From the NCBI GenBank assembly GCA_963745595.1, contig CAVUYB010000033.1, positions 349 through 64,348 on the forward strand: a stretch of 64,000 bases of DNA, given 5' to 3'. Positions 36,712 through 45,910 of this stretch are shown here, one piece after another (the first letter of the stretch is position 1; every line of letters starts with the position of its first letter). The translations under genes were made by a program, and so were the position numbers. The DNA is from an uncultured Actinomycetota bacterium. GTDB lineage: Bacteria; Actinomycetota; Acidimicrobiia; Acidimicrobiales; RAAP-2. A model generated the notes under the pieces. That model did no database searches, was not told the origin of the DNA, and saw only the letters and a list, made by a program, of their open reading frames with translations.

Positions 36712-36825
36712 CTCGGGCGGTCCCCCAGTCGATCCGGGCGCCCGGCCGTCCGGGTGCCTCCGGACGGACCCATCGGCAGAAACGGGCCGCGGCTCAAGTC
36801 GAGAGCTCGACCCCGGAACGGGCGC

Positions 36826-36853
36826 TCAAGTCGGGCGGGCCGGCGGCCGATAG
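36826..36853 (+). promoter_or_regulatory. putative sigma-28-type promoter of fliC: TCAAG-N15-GCCGATAG
   Basis: TCAA at 36826-36829, 16-nt spacer, GCCGATAG at 36846-36853. Lies about 117 nt upstream of the fliC ATG. Confidence 0.65.
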
Positions 36854-36920
36854 CAACCTCGGTTCGTCAAGACGGCGGGCCACCGGCCGGTGGCACGTCG
36901 TCACCGGCCGGAGCAGTACC

Positions 36921-36972
36921 CAGGAACCAGCTGCACATGGACGTGCAGCCCAGCGAACGGAGGATACGGATG
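36921..36972 (+). promoter_or_regulatory. fliC 5' leader with candidate CsrA sites: GGA in a hairpin loop plus GGA repeats across the Shine-Dalgarno region and start codon
   Basis: Hairpin GCTGCAC-AUGGAC-GUGCAGC (36930-36949; loop GGA at 36939-36941). ACGGAGGAUACGGAUG (36957-36972) holds three GGA motifs, and there is one more at 36923-36925. Confidence 0.5.
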
Positions 36973-37803
36973 TCTTCTCTCGTGGTCGACACCAACCTTT
37001 CAGCCATCACAGCGCTGAACGACCTGAATGCTACGAACAGCAAGATGGCCTCGGCCATCCGGGAGCTGTCCTCGGGCCTCCAGGTCCAGACAGCCGCCGA
37101 CGGTCCGGCCCAGTACGTCACCAGCCAGGCGCTGGAGTCGCAGGCCAACGGCTACTCGACGGCCATCGCCAATGCCCAGGACGGCGTCTCGTTGATCCAG
37201 ACCGCGTCGGGAGCGCTCAACCAGATCTCGTCCATCCTGCAGACGATGGACCAACTGGCGCTCTCCTCGGCGAACGGCGCGACCAACGACGCCACGTCGC
37301 TGGCGGCCAACCAGCAGGAGTTCGCCGCACTGCAGTCCGACATCAACCAGATCGCCGGCACGACCAGCTTCGGCCAGACCACCCTGCTCGACGGTTCGTT
37401 CTCGAGCCAGACCCTGCAGGTCGGGGCGTTCGACCTGTCGAACCAGCAGATCAGCCTGTCCATCGCCGCCGCGACAGCCGGCGCGCTGGGCGTGACCTCC
37501 GGCGTCGTGGGCGTCGGCTCGGCGTCGTCGGCCCAGGCGGCGGTGACCGCGGTGCAGAGCGCGATCTCGTCGGTCGACAGCATCGAGGCGTCGGTCGGCG
37601 CGGTGCAGAACGAGCTGCAGGCCATCGTGGCCAACCTGACGGTCGGGCAGCAGAACCTCTCGGCCGCCGACAGCCAGCTCGTCGACGTGAACATGGCTCA
37701 GGAGATGACCTCGTTCTCGACCGACCAGATCCTGGAGCAGACCGGCGTCGCCATGCTGTCCCAGGCCCAGCAGGCACCGCAGTTGGTCCTCAAGCTCATC
37801 TGA
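36970..37803 (+). CDS. fliC: flagellin (277 aa)
   Basis: ATG 36970 follows GGAGGA. N-terminus MSSLVVDTNLSAITALNDLNATNSKMASAIRELSSGLQV. C-terminus VQNELQAIVANLTVGQQNLSAADSQLVDVNMAQEMTSFSTDQILEQTGVAMLSQAQQAPQLVLKLI. Only the last 277 codons of ORF 35572..37803 are coding. Confidence 0.9.
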   Translation: MSSLVVDTNLSAITALNDLNATNSKMASAIRELSSGLQVQTAADGPAQYVTSQALESQANGYSTAIANAQDGVSLIQTASGALNQISSILQTMDQLALSSANGATNDATSLAANQQEFAALQSDINQIAGTTSFGQTTLLDGSFSSQTLQVGAFDLSNQQISLSIAAATAGALGVTSGVVGVGSASSAQAAVTAVQSAISSVDSIEASVGAVQNELQAIVANLTVGQQNLSAADSQLVDVNMAQEMTSFSTDQILEQTGVAMLSQAQQAPQLVLKLI

Positions 37804-37863
37804 TGATCCGCCGGGCTCGTCCCGGCCCCGACGCCGACTTCTTCTCTTCTCCTTGTCGGCTCC

Positions 37864-37885
37864 GGGGCCGGGCCAGCCCGGCCCC
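37864..37885 (+). terminator. GC-rich hairpin downstream of fliC (possible intrinsic terminator or attenuator, no U-tract)
   Basis: GGGGCCGGG-CCAG-CCCGGCCCC, a 9-bp stem. A second, shorter hairpin (GCCGGG-CTCGT-CCCGGC) lies at about 37810-37826. Confidence 0.35.
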
Positions 37886-37949
37886 TCCATGAGGTGCGGG
37901 GCCGGTCCGGCCGCCCCGGTGGGATACGGACCAGAGAGGTGGTGGTGAG

Positions 37950-40457
37950 ATGACACTGGCCAGTGTCAACGGGGCCAACGGGAACCAGATCGTCGTCAAC
38001 GGGCTCGTCTCGGGCATCAACACCACCGCCGTGATCCAGGCGCTGCTCCAGGGCTACCAGGCGCCGATCACGAACACCGAGGAACAGCAGGCCACCGAGA
38101 CCGCCCAGGCCGACGACTACCGGGCCCTGAACAACGACTTCCAGGCGGTGCAGACAGCCGCCGAGGCGCTGTCGACCCAGTCGTCGTGGAACCTGGCTAC
38201 GGCCACCACGTCCAACGCCGACGTCGCCACCGCGACAGCCGCCGCCGGGGCCCAGACGGGCTCGCTCGCCTTCACCGTCAACCAACTGGCCCAGGCCAAC
38301 GTGCTGGCCTCGTCGTCCGGCGTGTCGTCGGAGGGCCAGATCGTCACGACGTCGCCATCCCTGCTGGTGGCCACCGGCGCGGCGGCCCTGGGTTTCAGCG
38401 GCGTGAGCGCCGACCCCGGGCTTTCGATCGGCTCGCACACCGTCACCGTGACCCAGGCATCGGCCGCGGCCACCGTCACCGGCCAGACGGCCCTGGCCAC
38501 ATCGACGGCCGTCGTGGCCGGGGCGAACGACACCGTCGACGTCACAGTGGACGGCTCGGCGTACACGTTGACCCTGGCCGCCGGCACAGCCGACAGCCCG
38601 ACGCAGCTCGCGGCGGCGCTCGACGCCGCGGCGACCGCGGCCGGCGCGCCGGTACAGGCCTCGGTCGGTCCGACCGGTGCCCTCCAGCTGGCGTCGGCCC
38701 GGCAGGGTAGCCAGGCCTCGTTGACGGTGACCGGCGGCGACGCCCTCTCGACGCTCGGTCTGTCGGTCGGCCAGTCGGCGACCGGCGCCGACGCCATCGT
38801 GTCGGTCGACGGGACGGACACGACCCTGTCGTCGATCGACTCCGGCCAGCAGGTGACGTTGGGCACGCCGACCGGCAGCATCGTCGCCACCATCGCCGGC
38901 GGACCGAACGCGGCCGGCTCGCTGGTGGCGGCCGGCACGGCCGATGCGGCGAACGTCGCCACCGGCAGCGGCAGCCTGTCCCAGGTCGTCTCGGCCATCA
39001 ACGATTCGGGGCTGGCGGCCACCGCGGCGGCCATCCAGCTCGCTTCCGGCCAGTACATCCTGCAGGTCTCGGCCAACCAGACGGGCGAGAACGGCGCGGT
39101 GACGATCGACCAGTCGGCGCTGGCCGGGTCACCGCTGGGCCGCGTCAACACCATCGCCGAGGCGCAGGACGCCACCGTCTCGGTCGGTGGCGCCAGCGGG
39201 TACACGCTCAGCTCGTCGAGCGACACGTTCGGCAACCTCCTCCCGGGCACCGCCATCACCGTGGCGTCCATCGGCCAGGCCACGGTGACGGTGACGCCGG
39301 ACGCGTCCGGCGAGGCGGCCAAGGTCTCGACGCTCGTCGCCGCCGCCAACAAGGCCCTGTCGGATATCACAACCATCGCTGGCTACAACGAGGCCACCAA
39401 GAAGGCCGGCCCGTTGATGGGATCGGCCGTGGTCGAAGGGCTCCAGCAGCAGATCCTCTCGATCGTCGGCAGTGTCTCGGGCACGTCGACACTCGGCGAC
39501 TCCGCCGACGTCGGCATCACCCTCAACTCGGACGGCACGCTCAGCTTCGACCAGGACGCGTTCGAGTCGGCCTACAGCGCCAACCCGAAGGCGGTGGCCG
39601 CCCTCTTCACCCAGGGGGCGACGTTCACGCCGTCCGCGTCCGGTCAGGCTGGCGAGGTCAGCCTGGTCTACGCCGGCAACGACACCCAGACCGGCAGCTA
39701 CGACGTGACCGTGAGCCACTCGGCCACCCAGGCGACCGACGCCGGCGCCGCGGTCGGCGGCGGGACGATCGGCACGGCCGAGACGTTGACGTTCGAGCAG
39801 AACGGGATCTCCGTCGACTACAGCACGTCGACCGGGGAGAGCCTGGCGTCGGTCGAGACCGGGCTGAACCAGGTCTTCGCGGCGGCCGGTCTGACAGTGA
39901 CGGCCCAGCTGACCGGCGGCGGCACGCAGCTCCAGGTGACGAGCAACGGCTACGGCAGTGCCCAGGCGTTCGACGTTACGTCCACGGCCAGCGGGGCCGG
40001 CACGACCGGGCTGGCGGGCCCGACAGCCGGCCAGCCGGTGACCTTCGCCGGGACCGACGTGGCCGGGACGATCAACGGGGTGGCCGCCACCGGTAACGGG
40101 CAGGTCCTTTCCGCCCCCAGTGACGACCCGACGCTGGCCGGCTTCTCGGTGCTCGTCAACGCGACCGGGATCAGCGCGACAACCGACATCGGGACGATCA
40201 GCTACCGGCCCGGGGTGGCCCAGCAGCTCGTCTCGGCGATGAACGGCGCCACCGACGCGTCGTCCGGTTCGATCACGAATGCCATCAACACCCTCAACGC
40301 CGAGGCCACAGGGCTCAATTCGCAGATCGCCATGTTGGAGAAGCTCGAGAGCTCGCAGCAGGCCGTGCTCGAGCAGGAGTTCGCGACGATGGAGACGAAC
40401 CTCGGGAGCCTGAAGAACGAGAGCTCACAGCTCGCCAGTCAGATCGCCGATCTGTGA
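37950..40457 (+). CDS. fliD: flagellar filament cap protein FliD (835 aa, unusually long)
   Basis: N-terminal GLVSGINTTAVIQALLQGYQAPITNTEEQQ...DYRALNNDFQAVQTAAEAL. C-terminal coiled coil NTLNAEATGLNSQIAMLEKLESSQQAVLEQEFATMETNLGSLKNESSQL. Confidence 0.85.
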   Translation: MTLASVNGANGNQIVVNGLVSGINTTAVIQALLQGYQAPITNTEEQQATETAQADDYRALNNDFQAVQTAAEALSTQSSWNLATATTSNADVATATAAAGAQTGSLAFTVNQLAQANVLASSSGVSSEGQIVTTSPSLLVATGAAALGFSGVSADPGLSIGSHTVTVTQASAAATVTGQTALATSTAVVAGANDTVDVTVDGSAYTLTLAAGTADSPTQLAAALDAAATAAGAPVQASVGPTGALQLASARQGSQASLTVTGGDALSTLGLSVGQSATGADAIVSVDGTDTTLSSIDSGQQVTLGTPTGSIVATIAGGPNAAGSLVAAGTADAANVATGSGSLSQVVSAINDSGLAATAAAIQLASGQYILQVSANQTGENGAVTIDQSALAGSPLGRVNTIAEAQDATVSVGGASGYTLSSSSDTFGNLLPGTAITVASIGQATVTVTPDASGEAAKVSTLVAAANKALSDITTIAGYNEATKKAGPLMGSAVVEGLQQQILSIVGSVSGTSTLGDSADVGITLNSDGTLSFDQDAFESAYSANPKAVAALFTQGATFTPSASGQAGEVSLVYAGNDTQTGSYDVTVSHSATQATDAGAAVGGGTIGTAETLTFEQNGISVDYSTSTGESLASVETGLNQVFAAAGLTVTAQLTGGGTQLQVTSNGYGSAQAFDVTSTASGAGTTGLAGPTAGQPVTFAGTDVAGTINGVAATGNGQVLSAPSDDPTLAGFSVLVNATGISATTDIGTISYRPGVAQQLVSAMNGATDASSGSITNAINTLNAEATGLNSQIAMLEKLESSQQAVLEQEFATMETNLGSLKNESSQLASQIADL

Positions 40458-40903
40458 CGACCGCCCCGGCTCCGCCAGTCGCTGGCCCGACCGCCAATGG
40501 TCCCGCGGCCGTCGCGTCCGCCGAGCGGGCCGAGGCGTTGCGCCGCCGCTACCTGGCCGACCAGGTCGAGACGGCGTCGCCGGAGCAGCGGCTGCTCATG
40601 CTGTTGGCGCGGCTGGGCCACGACCTTCGGATGGCCGAGGACGGGTTCGCGGCCGGTGACCTCAAGGTCGTCAACGACGGCCTCGTCCACGCCCAGCAGA
40701 TCGTGCTCGTCCTCCGGGACAGCCTCGACGGCGAGTGGACCGGCGCGGCGTCGCTACGGACCGTCTACACCTTCGTCCACCAGCGGTTGGTGACCGCCAA
40801 CCTGCAGAAGGACCGGGCCCTCCTGCCCGCCTGCGTCGACATCGTCGACCGGATCACCGAGGCCAACGCGGCCGCTCTTGCCGGCACGGTGCCCGTTGGC
40901 TGA
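40454..40903 (+). CDS. fliS: flagellar export chaperone FliS
   Basis: YLADQVETASPEQRLLMLLARLGHDLRMAE...VHAQQIVLVLRDSLD...LRTVYTFVHQRLVTANL. GTGA overlap with the fliD stop. Confidence 0.85.
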   Translation: MTTAPAPPVAGPTANGPAAVASAERAEALRRRYLADQVETASPEQRLLMLLARLGHDLRMAEDGFAAGDLKVVNDGLVHAQQIVLVLRDSLDGEWTGAASLRTVYTFVHQRLVTANLQKDRALLPACVDIVDRITEANAAALAGTVPVG

Positions 40904-41210
40904 CCTCGCCTCTGACGTCGTGAGCACGGCCGGTCAGTGGGACGCCGTGCTCGATGAGATGGAGCGGCGGCTGGACCGCTGGTGGGCGGCGGTGCACGGC
41001 GAGGCTCCGTTCCCGCCGGCCTACCGGTTGCCGGACGGCCTCGGGCCGGTACCGAGCCGCTTGCGTTCGCGGGCGGCGACGGTCCTGGCGGCCCAGCGCG
41101 ACGTCGAAAACGCGATGGGCGCTCGGCGGGCCGCGCTCGGCGCGCTGTTGCGCCAGAGCACGACGCCCCGCCCGTCATCGGTGGCCTGTTTCGTCGACCG
41201 TCGGGCGTGA
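40878..41210 (+). CDS. hypothetical helical protein in the FliT position (start possibly GTG 40920)
   Basis: ORF after fliS with predicted helices (WDAVLDEMERRLDRWWAAV; RAATVLAAQRDVENAMGARRAALGALL). Assignment is positional only. Confidence 0.35.
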   Translation: MPARCPLADLASDVVSTAGQWDAVLDEMERRLDRWWAAVHGEAPFPPAYRLPDGLGPVPSRLRSRAATVLAAQRDVENAMGARRAALGALLRQSTTPRPSSVACFVDRRA

Positions 41211-41306
41211 GCCCGCCCGTTAAGCGGTGCGTGAGCCCGCCTCGTTAGGCGGCGCGTGAGCCGCCCGCGCCGACTCGTCGGCGGAGGACGGCGGGAAGAG
41301 AATCCC

Positions 41307-41334
41307 TCAAGGCCGACCGGCGAGCGTCCGATGA
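41307..41334 (+). promoter_or_regulatory. putative sigma-28-type promoter of the flgB operon: TCAAG-N15-TCCGATGA
   Basis: TCAA at 41307-41310, 16-nt spacer, TCCGATGA at 41327-41334. Confidence 0.5.
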
Positions 41335-41436
41335 GACTCCCGGCGGCTCGAGGGATCGGCCGCTGACGTCGCCCAGGACGGGCCCAGGGACGGCGCGCGC
41401 CGCGCGTGCCGGTACAGATGTCCGGAGGGTGCGCCA

Positions 41437-41784
41437 GTGGATGGCCAGATCGTCGATGTCCTGCAGTTCGCGCTGGATGGCGTGCAGCAGCAACAGACGT
41501 CGGTGGCCAACAACCTCGCCAACCTCGACACGCCGAACTACACCGACACGGAGACGACGTTCCAGCAGAGCCTGACCCAGGCGCTCGATGCCAGCGGCGG
41601 CGGGACGGCGACCATCACCGACGTGCCGTCGACCAGCGCGGCAGGGACGGACGGCAACAACGTCGACCTGGCGTCCGAGCTGACCGAGGCGGAGCAGTCC
41701 ACCCTGCAGTACCAGGCCTTGAGCGAGTCCATCAACGCCCAGTTCCGCCTCGTCCAGGGCGCGTCCGGAGGGAGCTTCACGTGA
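41437..41784 (+). CDS. flgB: flagellar proximal rod protein FlgB
   Basis: QQQQTSVANNLANLDTPNYT ... TDGNNVDLASELTEAEQSTLQYQAL. Confidence 0.85.
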   Translation: MDGQIVDVLQFALDGVQQQQTSVANNLANLDTPNYTDTETTFQQSLTQALDASGGGTATITDVPSTSAAGTDGNNVDLASELTEAEQSTLQYQALSESINAQFRLVQGASGGSFT

Positions 41785-42191
41785 GCATGTTCGGGATCCT
41801 GCCCATCGCCGCGTCCGGCGCCGATGCCATGCAGACGTGGATCGACACGGCCGCCGGCAACGTCGCCAACATGGACGACGCCGTGTCGATGACACAGCCG
41901 GCGTACGCCCAACAGACGCCGATCCTCGCCCCCGCCGGCAACCTGGCGCCGGGCACACCGGCCCAGGGAGTGGCCGTCACGTCCATCCAGCTCGGCGACA
42001 CGACAGGTGTCGTCAGCGACGATCCGGGCAGCCCGTTGGCCAACGCGACAGGCGAGGTCAAGCTGCCGGACGTCTCGATGGCCGACCAGCTCACCGGGAT
42101 GATCGAGGCCCAGGAGAACTACCAGGCCGACACCGTCGTCATGCAGCGGGCGCAGACGGCCTACTCGGCCGGCCTGGCCATCGGGAGCTGA
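41781..42191 (+). CDS. flgC: flagellar proximal rod protein FlgC
   Basis: GTG 41781 overlaps the flgB TGA. IAASGADAMQTWIDTAAGNVANMDD ... VKLPDVSMADQLTGMIEAQENYQADTVVMQRAQTAYSAGLAI. Confidence 0.9.
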   Translation: MSMFGILPIAASGADAMQTWIDTAAGNVANMDDAVSMTQPAYAQQTPILAPAGNLAPGTPAQGVAVTSIQLGDTTGVVSDDPGSPLANATGEVKLPDVSMADQLTGMIEAQENYQADTVVMQRAQTAYSAGLAIGS

Positions 42192-42193
42192 CC

Positions 42194-42499
42194 GTGATCC
42201 CCGCCATCCCGCCCATCTCACCGCTGCCGGCCACGCCACCGCCCGCCGCCGCGACGTCGACGACCGAGACGTCACCGACCGACGAGAGCTTCGCCACAGT
42301 GCTCGGCAACGCCCTCGACTCGGTCCAGCAGACCCAGAACACCGCCGCCACCGACGAGGCCCAGGCGGCGGCCGGTCAGGGCAGCCTGACCGACACGATG
42401 ATCGCCGCGTCCGAGGCGTCGCTCGACACGCAGGTGACGACGTCGCTCATGGACAAGGGTCTGGCCGCGTACACGTCGATCGCCGACATGACGCTCTGA
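42194..42499 (+). CDS. fliE: flagellar hook-basal body protein FliE
   Basis: GTG 42194. FATVLGNALDSVQQTQNTAATDEAQAAAGQGSLTDTMIAASEASLDTQVTTSLMDKGLAAYTSIADM. Confidence 0.8.
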   Translation: MIPAIPPISPLPATPPPAAATSTTETSPTDESFATVLGNALDSVQQTQNTAATDEAQAAAGQGSLTDTMIAASEASLDTQVTTSLMDKGLAAYTSIADMTL

Positions 42500-42506
42500 T
42501 CGACCG

Positions 42507-44171
42507 ATGGCCCTGGTTCCCGCCGCCGAGTTCGCCCGGGTCAAGGAGAGCGCCCGCCGGTTCGCCGCCGGGTTCACCCCTGGGCAGAAGGCCGTCACCA
42601 TCGCCGCCGTGCTCGGCGCGCTGGTCATCGGCATCGTCTTCATGCTGCTTTCGGGCAAGCCGACGTACGCCCCGCTGTTCACCAACCTGTCGGCCCAGGA
42701 CGCCGGCGCCATCACCCAGAAACTGACGGCCGACCACGTCCCGTACCAGCTGCAGGACGGCGGGTCGACCATCCTCGTGCCGCAGAACGACGTCGATCAG
42801 GAGCGGCTGGCGTCGGCCGAGGCCGGCCTGCCGACCCAGAGCACCGTCGGCCTGACACTGCTCGACAAGGAGGGCCTGACGACCTCCCAGCTGACCCAGC
42901 AGGCCGACTACCTTCAAGCCATCCAGGGCGAGCTGGAGCAGACGATCGATGCCATCGGCGGCGTGAACAGCTCGCAGGTCAACGTGGCCCTCCCGGCCAA
43001 CCAGACGTTCGCGCTGAACAACTCGAACCCGACTGGCGCGTCCGTGCTCGTCTCGCTCCAGCCCGGCCACTCGCTGTCGTCGGGCGAGGTGCAGGCCATC
43101 GTCCACCTCGTCTCCTCCAGCGTGCCCGGTCTCAGCGCGTCGAACGTCACGGTCGCCGACTCCGCCGGCACGTTGCTCGCCGGCCCCGGCGTGACCCAGA
43201 GCAGCGCCGGCCAGGCGGCCTCCTTCGATGCCCAACAGGAGGCCAAGGTAGCGGCCTACCTGGCGACGATCTTCGGCACCGGCAACGCCGATGTGCAGGT
43301 GAACGCCACGCTGAACGAGAACAAGGTGCACACGAACACTCAGTCGGTCGTGCCCGGCGCCAACGGCGGCGCCCCGGTCGGCTACTGCACGAGCACAAAG
43401 CAGTCGAACACCAAGTACACCGGCACCGGGACGCCGACCGGCGGGGCGGCCGGGACCGCAACCGCGCCGATCGCCGGCGGGAACGGCACGTACACACAGA
43501 CGTCCACCACAAAGAACTGCGAGACGAGTACGCAGACCCAGACGGTGACACAGGCCCCCGGCAGCGTGACCCAGCAGTCGGTGGCCGTGCTCGTGAACTC
43601 CAAGGCCATGCCGAAGGGCACCAGCCTGGCCCAGATCCGCGCCGGTGTCGCCGCCGCCGTGAACCTCCAGACCACCCGGGGCGACGTGCTGAGCCTGACG
43701 GCGGTCAAGTTCAACACCACCGCGGCGACCGCGGCGACCGCTTCGGCCCAGGCGACGGCGGCGGCCAACGCCCACAACCGGCTGGTCGCGACGATCAAGG
43801 CCGGGGTTGCCGTCCTGCTCGTCGCCGCGCTGGTCCTGCTGATCTGGTTGAGCTCCCGCCGCCGCCGGCACCGTCTGCCGCCCGCCGACGGCCTGGCCGG
43901 TGCGACGGCCGCCCTGCAGGCGAGCCAGTTCGTCCCGGTGATCGAGGACCCGCTCACGGCCGAGCTGCCGACCGTGCCCCGGGCTCAGCTGCCGCGCGAG
44001 AAGGTCGCCCAGAGCATCGAGGAGTTCATCGACGAGCAGCCGGCCGAAGTGGCGTCGGTGCTCCGGAGCTGGCTGCAGCGCGGCAGCCCCCCGCCGTCTG
44101 ACGCGCTACGGGCCGGCCAGCCATCCGAGGCGCTGCGGCCCGGCCAGCCGTCGGAGGCCCTTACGCCGTGA
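42507..44171 (+). CDS. fliF: flagellar MS-ring protein FliF
   Basis: 554 aa. N-terminal TM then YAPLFTNLSAQDAGAITQKLTADHVPYQLQDGGSTILVP. A second TM lies near the C-terminus, followed by the FliG-binding tail. Confidence 0.9.
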   Translation: MALVPAAEFARVKESARRFAAGFTPGQKAVTIAAVLGALVIGIVFMLLSGKPTYAPLFTNLSAQDAGAITQKLTADHVPYQLQDGGSTILVPQNDVDQERLASAEAGLPTQSTVGLTLLDKEGLTTSQLTQQADYLQAIQGELEQTIDAIGGVNSSQVNVALPANQTFALNNSNPTGASVLVSLQPGHSLSSGEVQAIVHLVSSSVPGLSASNVTVADSAGTLLAGPGVTQSSAGQAASFDAQQEAKVAAYLATIFGTGNADVQVNATLNENKVHTNTQSVVPGANGGAPVGYCTSTKQSNTKYTGTGTPTGGAAGTATAPIAGGNGTYTQTSTTKNCETSTQTQTVTQAPGSVTQQSVAVLVNSKAMPKGTSLAQIRAGVAAAVNLQTTRGDVLSLTAVKFNTTAATAATASAQATAAANAHNRLVATIKAGVAVLLVAALVLLIWLSSRRRRHRLPPADGLAGATAALQASQFVPVIEDPLTAELPTVPRAQLPREKVAQSIEEFIDEQPAEVASVLRSWLQRGSPPPSDALRAGQPSEALRPGQPSEALTP

Positions 44172-45169
44172 ACCTCTCCGGCCCCCAGCGCGCCGCGGTG
44201 ATCATCGCCCAGCTCGACGACGATCGCGCCCACCTCCTGCTGCGCGCCATGAGCGAGAACGAGGTCATCCGGCTGATGGCCGAGGTGGCCCGCCTGCCCT
44301 CGCTGACCACCGACGACGTGCGCGGCATCGTCGAGGCGTTCACCACCGAGGCCGGTGCCTATCTCCAAGTTCGCCAGGGCGGGATGGAGTTGGCGCAGCG
44401 GTGGCTGCACGACCGGCTCGGCGGAGCCCGGGCGGCCGAGGTCATGGCCGAGCTGGAGCTGATGACCCAGGACCAGCCGCTCGCCTTCTTGAACCGTATC
44501 GAGCCGTCGCAGGTCGCCGGCGCCCTGGCCGACGAGCATCCCCAGACGGTCGCCATCGTGCTCGTCAACGTCTTCCACGAGTACGCCGCCCGGGTGCTCG
44601 ACCGCTTCGACCAGGACCGGCGGCCCGAGGTCGTACGGCGCATGGCGACGATGGGCGCAGTGCCGCCCGTCCTCGTCCAGCGGATCGCCGACGAGCTGAC
44701 GACGCGGCTCTCGGCCGTCCTGCGGGCCGGCGGCGGCCCGGCCGACGTCGGCGGCGTCTCCGCCGCCGCAGCCGTCCTGAACAACGTCGACCGGACGGCC
44801 GAGAAGCAGATCCTGGCCAGCCTCGAGCTGAGCGACCCCGATCTGGCCGAGGTGATCAGGGGCGAGATGTTCGTCTTCGACGACGTCGTCCAGCTCGACG
44901 ACATGACGCTCCAGTCCGTGCTCCGCTCCGTCGTCCTGAAGGACCTGGCGCTCGCGCTCAAGACGGCCACCCCCGAGGTCGCCGGCAAGTTCATGCAGAA
45001 CATGTCCGAGCGGGCGGCCGAGGACCTGACCGAGGAGATCGCCTCGCTCGGCCCGCAGCGGCTGTCCGTCATCGAGGGCGCGCAGGCGATGGTCGTCCGC
45101 GCCGTCCGCGAGCTGGCCGACAGCGGGACGATCGTCATCGGAAGGGCGAACGATGAGCTCATCGTCTGA
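44168..45169 (+). CDS. fliG: flagellar motor switch protein FliG
   Basis: LSGPQRAAVIIAQLDDDRA..., EVIRGEMFVFDDVVQLDDMTLQSVLRSV..., MSERAAEDLTEEI. Confidence 0.9.
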   Translation: MNLSGPQRAAVIIAQLDDDRAHLLLRAMSENEVIRLMAEVARLPSLTTDDVRGIVEAFTTEAGAYLQVRQGGMELAQRWLHDRLGGARAAEVMAELELMTQDQPLAFLNRIEPSQVAGALADEHPQTVAIVLVNVFHEYAARVLDRFDQDRRPEVVRRMATMGAVPPVLVQRIADELTTRLSAVLRAGGGPADVGGVSAAAAVLNNVDRTAEKQILASLELSDPDLAEVIRGEMFVFDDVVQLDDMTLQSVLRSVVLKDLALALKTATPEVAGKFMQNMSERAAEDLTEEIASLGPQRLSVIEGAQAMVVRAVRELADSGTIVIGRANDELIV

Positions 45170-45910
45170 GAAGCCGTCGCCCGAGAAGGCATCGCCGGGA
45201 ACGCAGCCCGGGAAGCAGGCGAAAGAGCCGAGTCATCTCCCGGCCGGGCGGCCCGTTGCCGTCCGCGTCGCTGTTGGCCAAGGCCGGCCCGACCCGGTCG
45301 GCCGAGTGGCCGGTCGTCCCGACCTCGACCGAGCACCGTCTGGAGCAGGCCCGCCAGGCGGGCTTCGCCGACGGGCACCGGGCCGGGCTCGAGGAGGCCG
45401 CATTCACGTCCGAGGGGGCCCGGCTGGCCGCGGCCACCCGGGCCGCCGACCGGCTCGCCGCGGCGGCCGCCGACGTCGGTGAACAGCGGGCCGCGGTCGT
45501 CGCCGAGCTCGTCACCGACGTCGTCGGCCTCGCCTTCGAGCTGCTCGAGATCCTCGTCGGTCGGGAGGCCGCGCTGAGCGACGCCCCGGTCCGGGACGCC
45601 GTCGTCCGGGCGCTCGCGCTCGCCCCGGAGGGCGACGACCTGCTGGTGCGGGTCCACCCCGACAGCGGGATCGGCGTCGCGGAGATCGAGCAGCTCGCCG
45701 CCGACCCCCGCGTCACCGTCGTCCACGACCCCGACGTCGAGGCCGGCGGCTGTCTCGTCAGTGTCGGCCCGTGCCACATCGACGCCCAGATCGCCCCGGC
45801 ACTCGCCCGGGTCCGGGCCTGCCTGGAGTCGCTGACCCCGCCGGCCGTCGGACCGGCTGGCGGATCGGTTGTCGGATCGGTCGTCGGGGACGGCCGGAGG
45901 GCCGTCGTGA
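45153..45910 (+). CDS. fliH: flagellar export ATPase regulator FliH; N-terminal frame change near 45255 and no in-frame stop before fliI as assembled
   Basis: ATG 45153 overlaps the fliG end. High-GC3 sense moves from frame 0 to the frame of ORF 45256..47262 near 45250-45265. The FliH core is RLEQARQAGFADGHRAGLEE...VRVHPDS...GGCLVSVGPCHIDAQI. A TGA at 45908-45910 exists only in the +1 frame. Confidence 0.6.

Noticed and set aside
35572-36969. N-terminal 466 codons of the 743-aa ORF that ends as fliC
   Set aside because: This part is antisense to the GT2-TPR gene and crosses the intergenic promoter region. Flagellin homology begins exactly at ATG 36970, which follows a GGAGGA ribosome-binding site.
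45820-45910. Programmed ribosomal frameshift between fliH and fliI
   Set aside because: I saw no slippery heptamer or downstream pseudoknot. Given the many other indels in this window, an assembly error or a simple fusion is more parsimonious. It is kept as a finding rather than as a claim of recoding.
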